Part shown: one piece after another, positions 29,579-40,700 of the stretch | How the letters are laid out: each line of letters begins with the position of its first letter | How positions within the stretch are numbered: the stretch's first letter is position 1 | NCBI GenBank assembly: GCA_049472355.1 | Contig: JBLIRP010000025.1 | Location: 1-42,813 of the forward strand | Reading direction: 5' to 3' | DNA from: a bacterium | GTDB taxonomy: Bacteria > SZUA-182 > DTGQ01 > JAFGSM01 | DNA: 42,813 nt | Notes under the pieces: generated by a model | What the model was told of the DNA's origin: nothing | Database searches by the model: none | Seen by the model: the letters and a program-made list of their open reading frames with translations, nothing else | Program-made: the position numbers and the translations under genes

Positions 29579-32500
29579 TCACAAAGGGCATAGTGTATCC
29601 GGTCGTCTTCATATGTCTCGGACTCTTCATCCTCATCTCATCTCCCGCCACTGCCGTTGACGGAGGCTCAGGCGACCCGGAGGGCGCCCACAACCAGATA
29701 CTGCCCGGGTACACGGACAAGGTTTGCGAGCGGTGTCATTTCTCAAGGAGCGGGAAAAAACCGAAGATCTGGGAAAAGATGCCCACTGGCGCGGAGACCG
29801 TCAAGGGCACCAAGGGGATGAGGACCATATGCCAGACCTGTCACTACCCCGGCAATGCAGTCAATGCACTCTCCGGTTTTACCCTGGACACCCATCCCAT
29901 GGGCGGTCACCGGTATACGCATGCCAACGTATTCGTCGATCAGACCGAATCCCGTCTCGGCGAAGACCACGTGATGCATGACTGGGCGGACCCTGATCCT
30001 GCAACAGGAAAACTCCCCAAGGCCCCCGATCCTGTGTTCCCGTTGAAGAAGCGGGACCAATGGGGGCATCCCGAGGCGGAGGGGGACACGGAGAACAAGG
30101 GATTCTACTGCGGTTCCTGTCACGATCCCCATCAACAACCGCATGCGAATACCAGCGGCCACGGTGATTACCTGCGGGTCGTGGAGGGCGGGAAGGTGGG
30201 AACATCAGGGGACCGAACCGCCTTTTGCCTTCAATGCCATCAGAATCTCCCGGAGCATCCCCAGCACGGCACGGATCTCGGGTGCCAGCGATGCCACCAC
30301 CCTCACGACGGGATCATACGGATCGAGGACAATCCCATACTCGGCCAGTGGATCCACACCAACTCCGTCATGCGCGCAAATTTCAGGGCGCTCCCCAATG
30401 TCCCCTCCTTCGGCAGACAGCAGGAGGGGATCGATGTGGACCCCTCCTCCATCTGCTACGGATGCCACCGCCAAAACCGTCCCCCTGAAATTGAGCAGTT
30501 GGGTGCGGCGATCATCCATGCCGATGACGCCGAAACCCCGCGGGAGCATCACCCCATGGGATCACAGGCGGTCATCGAAGGAAACGTCCATGTGACCCGG
30601 GTGGATCATCCCAGCCCTGAAGGCCAGATTACCTGTATTTCCTGTCATAACGGATTCCATGGGGGGAACCACCCCTATTACCTGAGGGAGGATTTTACCG
30701 AGGACAATGCGGTTTTTTGTTCCCTGTGCCATAGCGACAAGACGGCGGAGGGACTCGGAACGGTGAAGGGATCCGCGCACCGCCAGGTCTTCGGGAGGAG
30801 CCCCAATGGCAGGGGTGATTGCCTGTTCTGCCACTTCATCCACGACGGGGAGGACCAGGGGGCCGAATCTACGACCAGGCTCCAGGCGATCATCAGGATC
30901 ACCCCGATAAACCTCCAGTGGGGGCTGAAGGACGATGACCCGGACACCGGCGACTATGAGGACATATGCTATGGATGCCACGGCAATCCCCTGTATATGA
31001 AGGGTTCGGGTGCAGACGGGGCGCGGCTTCGTCCCGATTCGTTTGCCACCCATCCATTCTCGGGGAACATCCGTACGGCCAACCCCAGCGGCGATTTTTT
31101 GGTATCCGACGGCCCGGGGTTATGGGTGGGTAACGACTACGGTGTCCCTGCAGGTGAGCTGTTTTGCGGCTCCTGTCACACTATCCACCGGGCATCCAAC
31201 AGACCGTATCTACGGGGAAATGCATCTCCTTACAAAAACCAGGGATTCTGCGAGGGATGCCACACCGAGCAGCCCGCGGGCGGGATGTCGAGCCATCCCG
31301 TGGGCGTGCCCCCCAATCCGGACAAGACCCTGCAGGCGTTTCCCGCCCCTCTCTTCGGCGGGGGGAGCGGTGATCCACGCGGAATCACCCAGGGGAATAT
31401 CCCTGAGGGGGAGATCCTCTGCCTTACCTGCCACAGCGTGCATGCCGCCTCCACTACCCACAACGGTGACATCCTCGGCGAAACGGACCGGACGGACACG
31501 CAGGGCGGACACGGGCACCTGCTCGTTGCAGACAACCGTGAAACCGAGGAGGGGAGTGATCTGTGCCGCCTGTGTCATGAGTCTTTTTCCGCAATCTGCG
31601 AGTCACGACACGACTTCTCACACCTTGACATAGGGGAGACAGGTTCACGGGGGGTGTGCTCCGCCTGTCATACCCCCCACCGGACCAAGGACAAACTGCT
31701 CCTCTGGCCGCGCTCCCTGGCGGAGGAACGGGGCACGTTTTTCCATACCGACAAACCGGACTACGTTCCCGGCACAACCATATTCTGCTACGATTGTCAT
31801 GAGGATTACGCATCCACGGATAACGATCCCCCCCCCAATGTCTTCTTCAATCCCCCGCAGGATATCGCCTTCACCGATGGACCGGGGATCAGCACCAAGG
31901 TCGGCTACTACGACACCATACCACCCAACGAGGACCAGCCGCCGGTGGACGGCTCACCCACCGGAGGCCACTACATCAAGACAGAAAGCCTCTCAAAACT
32001 CAGGCATGGGATCGAAACAGGGGACAAGATCCCCTGCAGCCTGTGTCATGATCCCCATGGCCGCACCAAAAACCAGGCCTTCCTGGTGAATCCCCTGGGG
32101 GTCAATACCGTGGATAACCTGGAAACCAGCCGCCATACCAGAAACGGCACCGGCAACGGAAGGGCGATCTGCGCCTCCTGCCATGGATATGCGGAAAGGG
32201 ATGCCATCATCGGAATCCCTCTGAAGCTCTATGATTTTTATGTGCTGCAGACCTCCGAGAACAGGACCGAACATAAGAAGGACAGTGACACCCCGTGTAC
32301 GAGCTGTCACCTTCACAACCGGATAGTACCCGTCCAGAACCAGGCGCACCTCGTGCACCTCATCTCACCGCCGGAGACCGCCCAAACCGCGGACCGGCTC
32401 ATCCGCGCGAAGGGCATGATCGAGACGGAAAGGGGCATCGGCATCAGCACCTGTTCCGTGTGCCACCCCCCGGAGCTCGCCTACCAGATAGGAGACCTTA

Positions 32501-33651
32501 CCTTTGCGGACGAACAGCCTTTCGCAGGCACCAAGGTATGCCAGCCATGCCATAGCCAGGGAGGCAGCTACAACGGGGTATCGGATTCCCTCATCGGTGC
32601 GAAAAACAACTGGGAGTCGTCCCCGTATAATTCCAACGGCACCCTCAAACTGGGAAGGGAGAAATGGTGCGCGGGATGTCATGATGACGAGCCATCGAGA
32701 ATATGGTGGCCGGGCCTCGGGGCCCCCATTGTGGCACCCAATGTATGTGGTGAAGTCGTCGATCCTGTCGCGCAACCCGAGGGATACGGTTTCTTTCAGA
32801 CAGGTCACGGGCTCCCCCCCTATCTGGTCAACCCGGATTCGGGTAGACGCGGGGCCGGTCTTATCTGCACCGATTGCCATGATCCCGATATGCCCCACAT
32901 CAACATCAGTCGCTACAATGCAGAGGAGGCCAACTACCGGTCGGGCTTTCGCCTTCGAATGGTGAACGGCAAGGAGCCCATGGTGATTCCCCGCTGGCGC
33001 GACGAATACTGGTCAGGGGATTTCAACCTGTGCTATTCCTGCCACAATGAGGAGTCGATCATAGGCCTCGGATTCGGTTATCGCTACTACTCCACCAACC
33101 ACAATCCCTTCTTCCTGGTGGACACCGTGCAGACAGGATTCAAAAACGTGGACCTCCTGGGGCTGAACAGGCACAACACCACCAGGGGGCCGACCTTCGA
33201 ATTCGTCAATTATTTCCCCAGCAACAGCCACTGGAACCATCTGGCGATCCCCAATGCCCTGGTCACCCTCTCCGCACCCGCCGGAAGCGGTGGGGCCAGC
33301 CGGACGAACCGATGCACCGACAGCCGATGCCACAGCAAGATCGTTTGGGATTCCGACCGGGACGGATGGCTGGACTCCCGCCCCTCCTGTACGGCATGCC
33401 ATAATCCCCACGGAACCAAGCACACGGCCATGACCAGGAACGATCTTGCCATCACCCATGACAAAGACGGGGCGGACTGGACATACGGGTATATAGGGAC
33501 CGGCAACTACGGCCTTTTCGGCAACGAAGGCGACGACCTTTACTGCGGTGAATGTCATGCCGGGCTCATGCGCTTCGGCGTGAGCAACTACAAATACTAC
33601 CGGAAACCATGGGACGAGGAAGACGAGGTACCTCCCCTGCCTCCCGGTTGA
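29575..33651 (+). CDS. Large multiheme cytochrome c (26 CxxCH + 1 CX4CH by manual count)
   Basis: TTG start overlaps the foldase stop; Sec signal peptide; CxxCH motifs counted in the translation. Confidence 0.93.
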   Translation: MITKGIVYPVVFICLGLFILISSPATAVDGGSGDPEGAHNQILPGYTDKVCERCHFSRSGKKPKIWEKMPTGAETVKGTKGMRTICQTCHYPGNAVNALSGFTLDTHPMGGHRYTHANVFVDQTESRLGEDHVMHDWADPDPATGKLPKAPDPVFPLKKRDQWGHPEAEGDTENKGFYCGSCHDPHQQPHANTSGHGDYLRVVEGGKVGTSGDRTAFCLQCHQNLPEHPQHGTDLGCQRCHHPHDGIIRIEDNPILGQWIHTNSVMRANFRALPNVPSFGRQQEGIDVDPSSICYGCHRQNRPPEIEQLGAAIIHADDAETPREHHPMGSQAVIEGNVHVTRVDHPSPEGQITCISCHNGFHGGNHPYYLREDFTEDNAVFCSLCHSDKTAEGLGTVKGSAHRQVFGRSPNGRGDCLFCHFIHDGEDQGAESTTRLQAIIRITPINLQWGLKDDDPDTGDYEDICYGCHGNPLYMKGSGADGARLRPDSFATHPFSGNIRTANPSGDFLVSDGPGLWVGNDYGVPAGELFCGSCHTIHRASNRPYLRGNASPYKNQGFCEGCHTEQPAGGMSSHPVGVPPNPDKTLQAFPAPLFGGGSGDPRGITQGNIPEGEILCLTCHSVHAASTTHNGDILGETDRTDTQGGHGHLLVADNRETEEGSDLCRLCHESFSAICESRHDFSHLDIGETGSRGVCSACHTPHRTKDKLLLWPRSLAEERGTFFHTDKPDYVPGTTIFCYDCHEDYASTDNDPPPNVFFNPPQDIAFTDGPGISTKVGYYDTIPPNEDQPPVDGSPTGGHYIKTESLSKLRHGIETGDKIPCSLCHDPHGRTKNQAFLVNPLGVNTVDNLETSRHTRNGTGNGRAICASCHGYAERDAIIGIPLKLYDFYVLQTSENRTEHKKDSDTPCTSCHLHNRIVPVQNQAHLVHLISPPETAQTADRLIRAKGMIETERGIGISTCSVCHPPELAYQIGDLTFADEQPFAGTKVCQPCHSQGGSYNGVSDSLIGAKNNWESSPYNSNGTLKLGREKWCAGCHDDEPSRIWWPGLGAPIVAPNVCGEVVDPVAQPEGYGFFQTGHGLPPYLVNPDSGRRGAGLICTDCHDPDMPHINISRYNAEEANYRSGFRLRMVNGKEPMVIPRWRDEYWSGDFNLCYSCHNEESIIGLGFGYRYYSTNHNPFFLVDTVQTGFKNVDLLGLNRHNTTRGPTFEFVNYFPSNSHWNHLAIPNALVTLSAPAGSGGASRTNRCTDSRCHSKIVWDSDRDGWLDSRPSCTACHNPHGTKHTAMTRNDLAITHDKDGADWTYGYIGTGNYGLFGNEGDDLYCGECHAGLMRFGVSNYKYYRKPWDEEDEVPPLPPG

Positions 33652-33724
33652 TGAGGCCCGCCCTTCATCGATTCGTTACGTGAAGATTTTCAACTAATCA
33701 CCTGTTTTTAAAACCTCCCATCCT

Positions 33725-33860
33725 TGATGGCCTCACAAAAAGTCGTCAAGCCTGTCACTCCGGCGAAGGCCGGAGTCCAGAAGTCCTTGAAAAGACTTGA
33801 TTCCGTGTCAAGCACGAAATGACGGAATAGGATGGAAATCGACTTTTTACGATTCCATCA
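33725..33860. mobile_element. MITE / REP-like palindromic element with terminal inverted repeats
   Basis: TIR TGATGGcctcacAAAAAGTCG / CGACTTTTTacgattCCATCA (17/21 match); internal hairpin ACTCCGGC-GAAG-GCCGGAGT; flanked by the direct repeat TCCT. Confidence 0.75.
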
Positions 33861-33969
33861 TCCTTCGTTATGATCAAAAAATCACGGTGGTTCATCTGAA
33901 AATAATTCAACAAGCCTTTGTTTTATTTATTTTAATCCTTCGTTGTGATCGATAGATCATGGCGGTTTA
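33860..33969. repeat. 35-bp degenerate direct repeat, 75-bp period, with TGAT-N6-ATCA cores
   Basis: ATCCTTCGTTATGATCAAAAAATCACGGTGGTTCA and ATCCTTCGTTGTGATCGATAGATCATGGCGGTTTA. Confidence 0.65.
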
Positions 33970-34386
33970 GCGGAACGGGCCGTGAGGATCATGGAGGGAT
34001 ATCCTGCATGATCATATTATACAATATTGCATATAGAATGCATATTATTGCAGAACAATACAACATTCCCCTGCCCCGGCCCCTTTTGTCCCTGTAACCG
34101 AATCCCCTTGAAATTCGTGTCATATACCATGGCTCAACCTCCTCCGGCAAAAAATGATCAATGCTGATCAGTGACTAAACAGCAGTGTCCCTGTGCACGC
34201 TTGTTCCTGGTGCATGATCCCCCATACAGGGGGAGATATGGCGAAGACTCCCTATCACCCCTCACCCCCGGCAATGCCTTCACCCCTTGCCCCTCCCTCC
34301 CGTCCGACCCTGCGCCGAGCTTCGTGTACTCGTGGGCGATTGACATGTGACTCCCATGCACGGACAAACGTTCCGGGTGTGCATCA

Positions 34387-34402
34387 TGGTATTTGTTTTG
34401 CA
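34387..34402 (+). promoter_or_regulatory. Possible sigma54 promoter
   Basis: TGGTAT-TTGTT-TTGCA (GG-N10-GC). Confidence 0.45.
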
Positions 34403-34610
34403 TGTTATCCACACGGATGGGGACATATGCAACACTAATTAAATTAAATATATTTTTGCTGTATTAATTTGTTTATTTGCAGGCAGGTGCAAGGACAAAC
34501 GCCCCGGATTGCCGGGCAGTGTTCGATGCGGGGCTGGGAGGGGGGCTCATCCATTATCACTATCGAAATAATTAATATTAAAATAATTAATAAGTTAGGA
34601 TGGTCTTAAC

Positions 34611-34639
34611 TTGAAGTCTGTTCACAAAATTACTATAAT
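34611..34639 (+). promoter_or_regulatory. sigma70 promoter of the giant cytochrome
   Basis: TTGAAG-N17-TATAAT preceded by an AT-rich UP-like tract. Confidence 0.65.
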
Positions 34640-34713
34640 GAGATACTTTAATCGAAACCATTTCCCGACGATGGGAATGATACTGCACAGGTGTATCTGA
34701 AAACAAAAAACTC

Positions 34714-37700
34714 ATGCCATATACAATATCAGATCGCAGCGCACCACGATGTGCCACGCTTACCCTCGTGGTTACCTGTCTTCTCTTGTTTTTTTGCGCA
34801 GTAAACACATACGCCATAACCGGGCCTCACGGGGATGAGAGAATCAAGAGCCCGAAAGGGGTATGCGCCACGTGTCACATCCCCCACAGATCGAAGGGTC
34901 CCAAGATATGGGCAAGGACCAGCAAGAAGCCCGGGCTCTATGACGGCATCCACCAACTGTGTGCAACCTGTCACGATGGTACCATGTTCTTCAAGGGGGA
35001 CGCCGTGTCCGGCGGTGAAGTCTTCATGGTCGACGGATACCAGTCAGGCGGTTATTCCCCGGCCAACGAATATGAAGGGGTTTTCACCGTGGACACCGGA
35101 CCGGACGGTGAACCGGAGGTCTATGCAAGCACCGGCACCGACGATGTCATGGACGAGATGGAGGGGGGTTCCTCCACCGACGGCCCCTTTGAGAACCATG
35201 TCATGCACGGAGGGGCTGATGTAGGCCTCGACGATGCACTTATCTACTTCGATTCAGAGGTATTTCCCCTCGATCCCACGGACAGGGACACCTATCCCCA
35301 GGGGCCTGGTCTTGAACACTATCAGTCAGGAGGGGCCGGGGTTTACTGCGGCACCTGCCATGATCCCCATAATCAGCCGGATGAGCGTAAATCCGGCGGA
35401 TTCTACCTGCGAACTCGGCCCGGCCACAAAGTGGGTGATCCCTGGTACAACCGGAAGCCCTTCTGTGCCCAATGCCACGGGGAGATTCACGCCCCCGAGT
35501 CGGATTGCCTGGCCTGCCACCATCCCCACCTGGGAAGGACGATGATCAAGGATAACGAGACCCTCGGCAGAAAGATCTTCCTGTTTCCGGTGGAGGAGAG
35601 GCCATTCATCGCCACGCCCAATGTGCTCTCGATAAACGATACCGGCGACGACGAATGGTCGGCCGCCCTGTGCTACGGATGTCATAACGGTATCCAGGGA
35701 AACCTGTGGACACAGGCAGGGGCGGTTCCCATCTGCGGCGAGGACATCACCGATGATTCCAGGGAACACCACCCCATGGGCACCCAGGCATGGCTGGGTG
35801 ACGGCTCCAAGGTATACAACGGCCTTTTTATCCGGGCACCGGGAACCCCGGCGGAGTTCCTCAACAAGAACGGGGGGCTTACCTGCACCAGTTGTCACGA
35901 CGGATTTCACGGCCCGGGGCCCTATACCGGGACGGGGGCCAAGGGGAAGAACAAGCGAAACAACTTCCTGCGCTGGCACTTCGCCAATCCGGACGGCGCC
36001 GGTGAACCCCAGAGCACGGACCCCTCGGAGGACAGCGCCGACTTTTGCATCGCATGCCATTCGGACAAGAGCGCATCCATGCTTGATGGCAGGCATCTGC
36101 ACACGAGGTCGGAGGCCTATGCACGGAATGTCACGAGGCTGACCTTCATGGCCGACCCGAACGGGAGTGCGAGCGAAACCGAAGTGGGATGTGCGAATTG
36201 CATGTTCTGCCATTTCATCCACGACGGCACGGAGCGGCAGAAGACGAGCACCAGCGAATCCCTGGAGACCCTGGTGATCCGTCCGGATGTGGATTCCCTG
36301 ATGCGCATCGCCCCCCTCAACCTGGCATGGGGAGAGCACCTTGATAACACCGATCCCTTCGATTACGAAGACCTTTGCTACGGATGCCACGGTGATCAGG
36401 CCATCGTGGGAGAGCTGGGGGCAGGGTCGCTGCTCAGACCCGAGGAATACTACACCCACCCCTTTACCGTGGAACCCCAGATCTTCATCGACCCGAACTC
36501 CTTTCCCGTGTCCGACGGGGGGGAGAACGGGGTGACCGATGACTACGGCGCCCAGCAGGGGGAGATATTCTGCGGAACATGCCATGACGTGCATACAGGG
36601 GCGAACCGCCCCTACCTCAGGTCCCAACGCTCCCCCTATGAGGCCAATGGCTTCTGCGAGGGGTGCCATGACCAGGATGGGTTCCTCTCTACAAGCCATC
36701 CCATAGACCGGGGCCCCAATCCCGATCCACAAAACGGACCGGTCACCGCCGAAACCTTCGAAGACACGCTGTGGGGGAACGGCCCGGTCTTCTCCTCCGG
36801 CGGAAGCGGGAACCCGGGAGGGATCACCGCCCCCTACGATGCGGCGCAATCCTCCTCCCTGCTCGGAACAAAGGGGAGGGTCATCTGCCTTACCTGTCAC
36901 AACACCCATGCAGCGCGCACCTCACGAAAGGGTGAAGTGCCCGGTGATTCGAGCATGGTGCACGGGAAGCTCCTGGTGATGGACAACTTCCCCACCAACT
37001 CGACGGAGCCGGGGGACGAGCTGTGCAGGGCATGCCATGATCGCAGCATCTTCCCCATCAACGGTCCTCACCGGGAAGATCTTGCATCCTATGAAGAACG
37101 GGGCATCTGCCACAACTGCCATGTACCCCATCGCGCGCAGTCCGAATCCAAGCTATGGGCCATAGACCTGCCGGGGACCTTCGATGGGGTGCACGATATG
37201 TGCAACAGTTGCCACAATCCCCTGGACTCCTCGACCGTATCCGGGCAGGGGAACGTCTTTTCGAAGGGGCAGTATGAAAATCATGTGATGTTCGGCGGAG
37301 CGGTCATCACCACCGGGGAATGCCCGGAGGCCCCCAGTTTGAGACTCATAGGGGATGTGAACACCGCCATCTTCCCCCTCGATCCCAACGACTGGGACAC
37401 CATCCCCGATAAGGACGACGGAAGTTACTGCAATCGCTCCACCTTCAGCTACCGGGAAGGGGGTGAGGGATTTTACTGCGGCACCTGTCATAATCCCCAC
37501 AACGATCTCTCGGAGGACCCGAACGGTTACGGCGACTACCTCAGGGCAAAGGATTCCTCATGGATAGGGGGGGCCGGTAAGAGAAAGCCCTTCTGTATCC
37601 AGTGCCACGGTGAGATCCATGCACCCGGCAGCGATTGCCTCGACTGCCATCACCCCCACCAGGGGAAGACCCTCATCGAGGATGACGAGCGTATAGGCCG

Positions 37701-40700
37701 GCTGATTCTCTCCCAATTCTCGGTGGTTGCCACCGCGTTCACCGCCCTCCCCAATGTTCCCGAGATAACGGATGACCCGAATGACACCAACCCATCGCAA
37801 TTCTGTTATGCGTGTCACAATCCCGATGCGGGGGGAAGTGCCGGCATACCGGTCATATACGGTGACGATACGGGGGATGAAAGAAGGGAGCACCATCCCA
37901 TGGGTACCCAGGCCAGCGTCACCGACACGGAGAAGGTGAAGGATGGGGTATTTATCAGGGCGCCGGGGACGCCTCCCCAATTTCTCAACAATAACAAGCA
38001 GCTCACCTGTACCTCCTGTCACGACGGTCTGCATGGGCTTGGCCCCTTCGTGGGACTGGGTGAGCGGGAGAAGAGCAAGGCGAATTCCTTCCTGCGCTGG
38101 GTCCTCAACGACGGGGAGGACCGGGACAAGCCCGACTTCTGCCTGGCGTGCCATTCCGACAAGACCCCCTTTACCCATGAGGGAAGGCACATGGTGTCTC
38201 CGGCAGAGTCGCCGAACGGGCGGGGGGGATGCATGTTCTGCCACTTTGTCCACGACGGGGATGAGCGCCAGACCGACCCCATCCAGGGGATCGGCATACG
38301 CACCGACCTGGATGCCCTCATGAGGGTACCCTCTCTCAACCTGGTGTGGGGCGACCGGCAGGGGGACACCGACATCTTCGACTATGAGGATCTCTGCTTC
38401 GGCTGTCATGGGACCCAGGCCATTGTGGGCGGCACCGGCGGCGCCGGGGCGCTGATCGATCCGAACGTCCATTTCACCCATCCCTTCACCCTGGTCCCCG
38501 ATGCGGATATCATCGGGGAGGGATTCCCCGTAGCGGACGGCACAGCCATGACCATCCACGACGACTACGGCACAGAGAACGGCCATATGTACTGCGGCAC
38601 CTGCCACGACGTGCACGACAACCGGACCGCACCCTACCTGGGGACCCATCCCTCGCCGTATACGACCAAGGGCCTGTGTGAGGCATGCCATGATGCGGAC
38701 AGCGAGTTCGTACCGGCCAGTCACCCGGTCGGGGTCGGACCGAATCCCGATCCCTCGGACGGCGCACCCACCCCAGCCGCCTTTGCGGACACCTTTCACG
38801 GAGGCGGCCCGCTCTTCTCACAGGGGGGAAGCGGAAGACCGGGCGGCATTACCTATCCCTTCAATGCAACTACCGGCCAGTCCACCTTGGGCGGCAAGGG
38901 CGCGGTGATATGCCTGACCTGCCACAACACCCATGCCGCCGCAACCTCGTGGGAAGGCACAACCAAGACAGATGCGAGAGAGGACCATGGCTACCTCCTG
39001 GTCAAGGATAATTTCGTCGAACGCAGCACCCTCAGCCCGGGAAGCGAGTTGTGCAAGGCCTGCCATCCATTCGGGGATACCGAGTATGACTTCCCCTCAG
39101 GGGATCACGGAGGCGGTGGACTCTCCGGGGCCGAATGGGGGATCTGCAATGCCTGCCATACCCCTCACGGCGCAGTCGGACCAAAGCTCTGGTCACGCCC
39201 CGGCTACGGGGCAGGTCCCTTCCAGGGCTTCCGCCAACTCTGCTTCACCTGTCACAACCTCGCGGGCATCGCCAAGACCGGCGCGGAGTCCGTCTTCAAA
39301 AAGGCCCTCCCCGGAGGACAGATACCGGGCGATTACCTGGAGGACCATGTGATGCGAAACTGGGCGGACATTGATGGAGTGGCCTACTACGATCCCAACA
39401 CCTTCCCCCGCGATCCATCCGATCATGACGCCATCCCCACGGGGCCGAAGCCCCAGCCCGATCCCCATGACGGCTTCTACTGCGGGTCCTGTCACAACCC
39501 GCACCTCCAGCAGGGCGATGCCTACCTGCGCAGCAGGGGCGGGAACGCCGGGTACCCGGGCAAGCGCGAGGACTTCTGCAACGACTGCCATATCGACGCC
39601 CACTTCCAGGATCAGGATGACGGGTGCCTCTTATGCCACAATCCCCACCAGGGCGGGACACGCATAGAAGAGGACCCCAATGTGGGACGGCTCATCCTGA
39701 TCGTGGATTTCAGGGCGCGAACCTTTACCGCCGAGCCCAATGTGGACGGGTTCACCGGCGGTGACGTCAGTTCGACCTGCTACGGATGTCACGGTCCGTC
39801 CGAGTCCGACCCGAACAGCATCTCCTGGGAGAACCTTGGCGCCACCTGCATCTACGGCGATGACGCCGCTACCGTGGAAGACGCCGATTCCCAGGCCCGC
39901 CGGAGGGGGAAGACACTGACCTATCCCCCCAGGGACCACCACCCCATGGGCAGGCAGGCCCGGTTCGGCCAGTGCCCCAGGGCCCCCGGTGCGGACCGGA
40001 GCCTCTTCAACAAAAACGGGGAGCTGACCTGCACCTCCTGTCATTCGGACAACCATCAAGGCGACCGGGGAAACAACTTCCTGCGCTGGGACTTTGCCAA
40101 AGACAACAGTCACTTCTGCCTGCGGTGCCATCCCAATAAGCAGGAGACCAAGCTCGGGCCTCTCGGCGGGGGCCACCACCAGACCTGGGAGACCAGCCCG
40201 GTCACCAGGGTGGTTCGCACACTGGCGACACAAAACGGGAAAAAGACGGTAACACCGATCACGGTCAGGTGTGGAAACTGCATGTTCTGTCACTTCATCC
40301 ATGACGGCGAGGACCAGGGGGACACACCGACCCCGGGGGTGAAGACCCTGATGCGGATCAGCCCGGTGAACCTGCGATGGGGGGACGCATGGCAGGATGA
40401 CGATTCCCTGGATTACGAGGACCTCTGTTACGGTTGCCACAGCAGGGAACGGATCGTCGGAGGGGTGGGGAGTCTGGGGGCGCTGATCGTTCCTCCTCTG
40501 GAACTGGGGCCGGAGGCTGCAGCCGATCCCATTCTGGGCAGGAGATTCAGTCATCGATTCAGGTGCGAGCCCAACCCGGCGAGCCCGACCTCGATCAGGC
40601 TCAGATCGGCAAACCCGGTGTTCCCGTTGTCGGACGGAACAGGGGAGATGGTGGTGGATGATTACGGCACCCAAGCAGGGCGTCTCTACTGCGGCACCTG

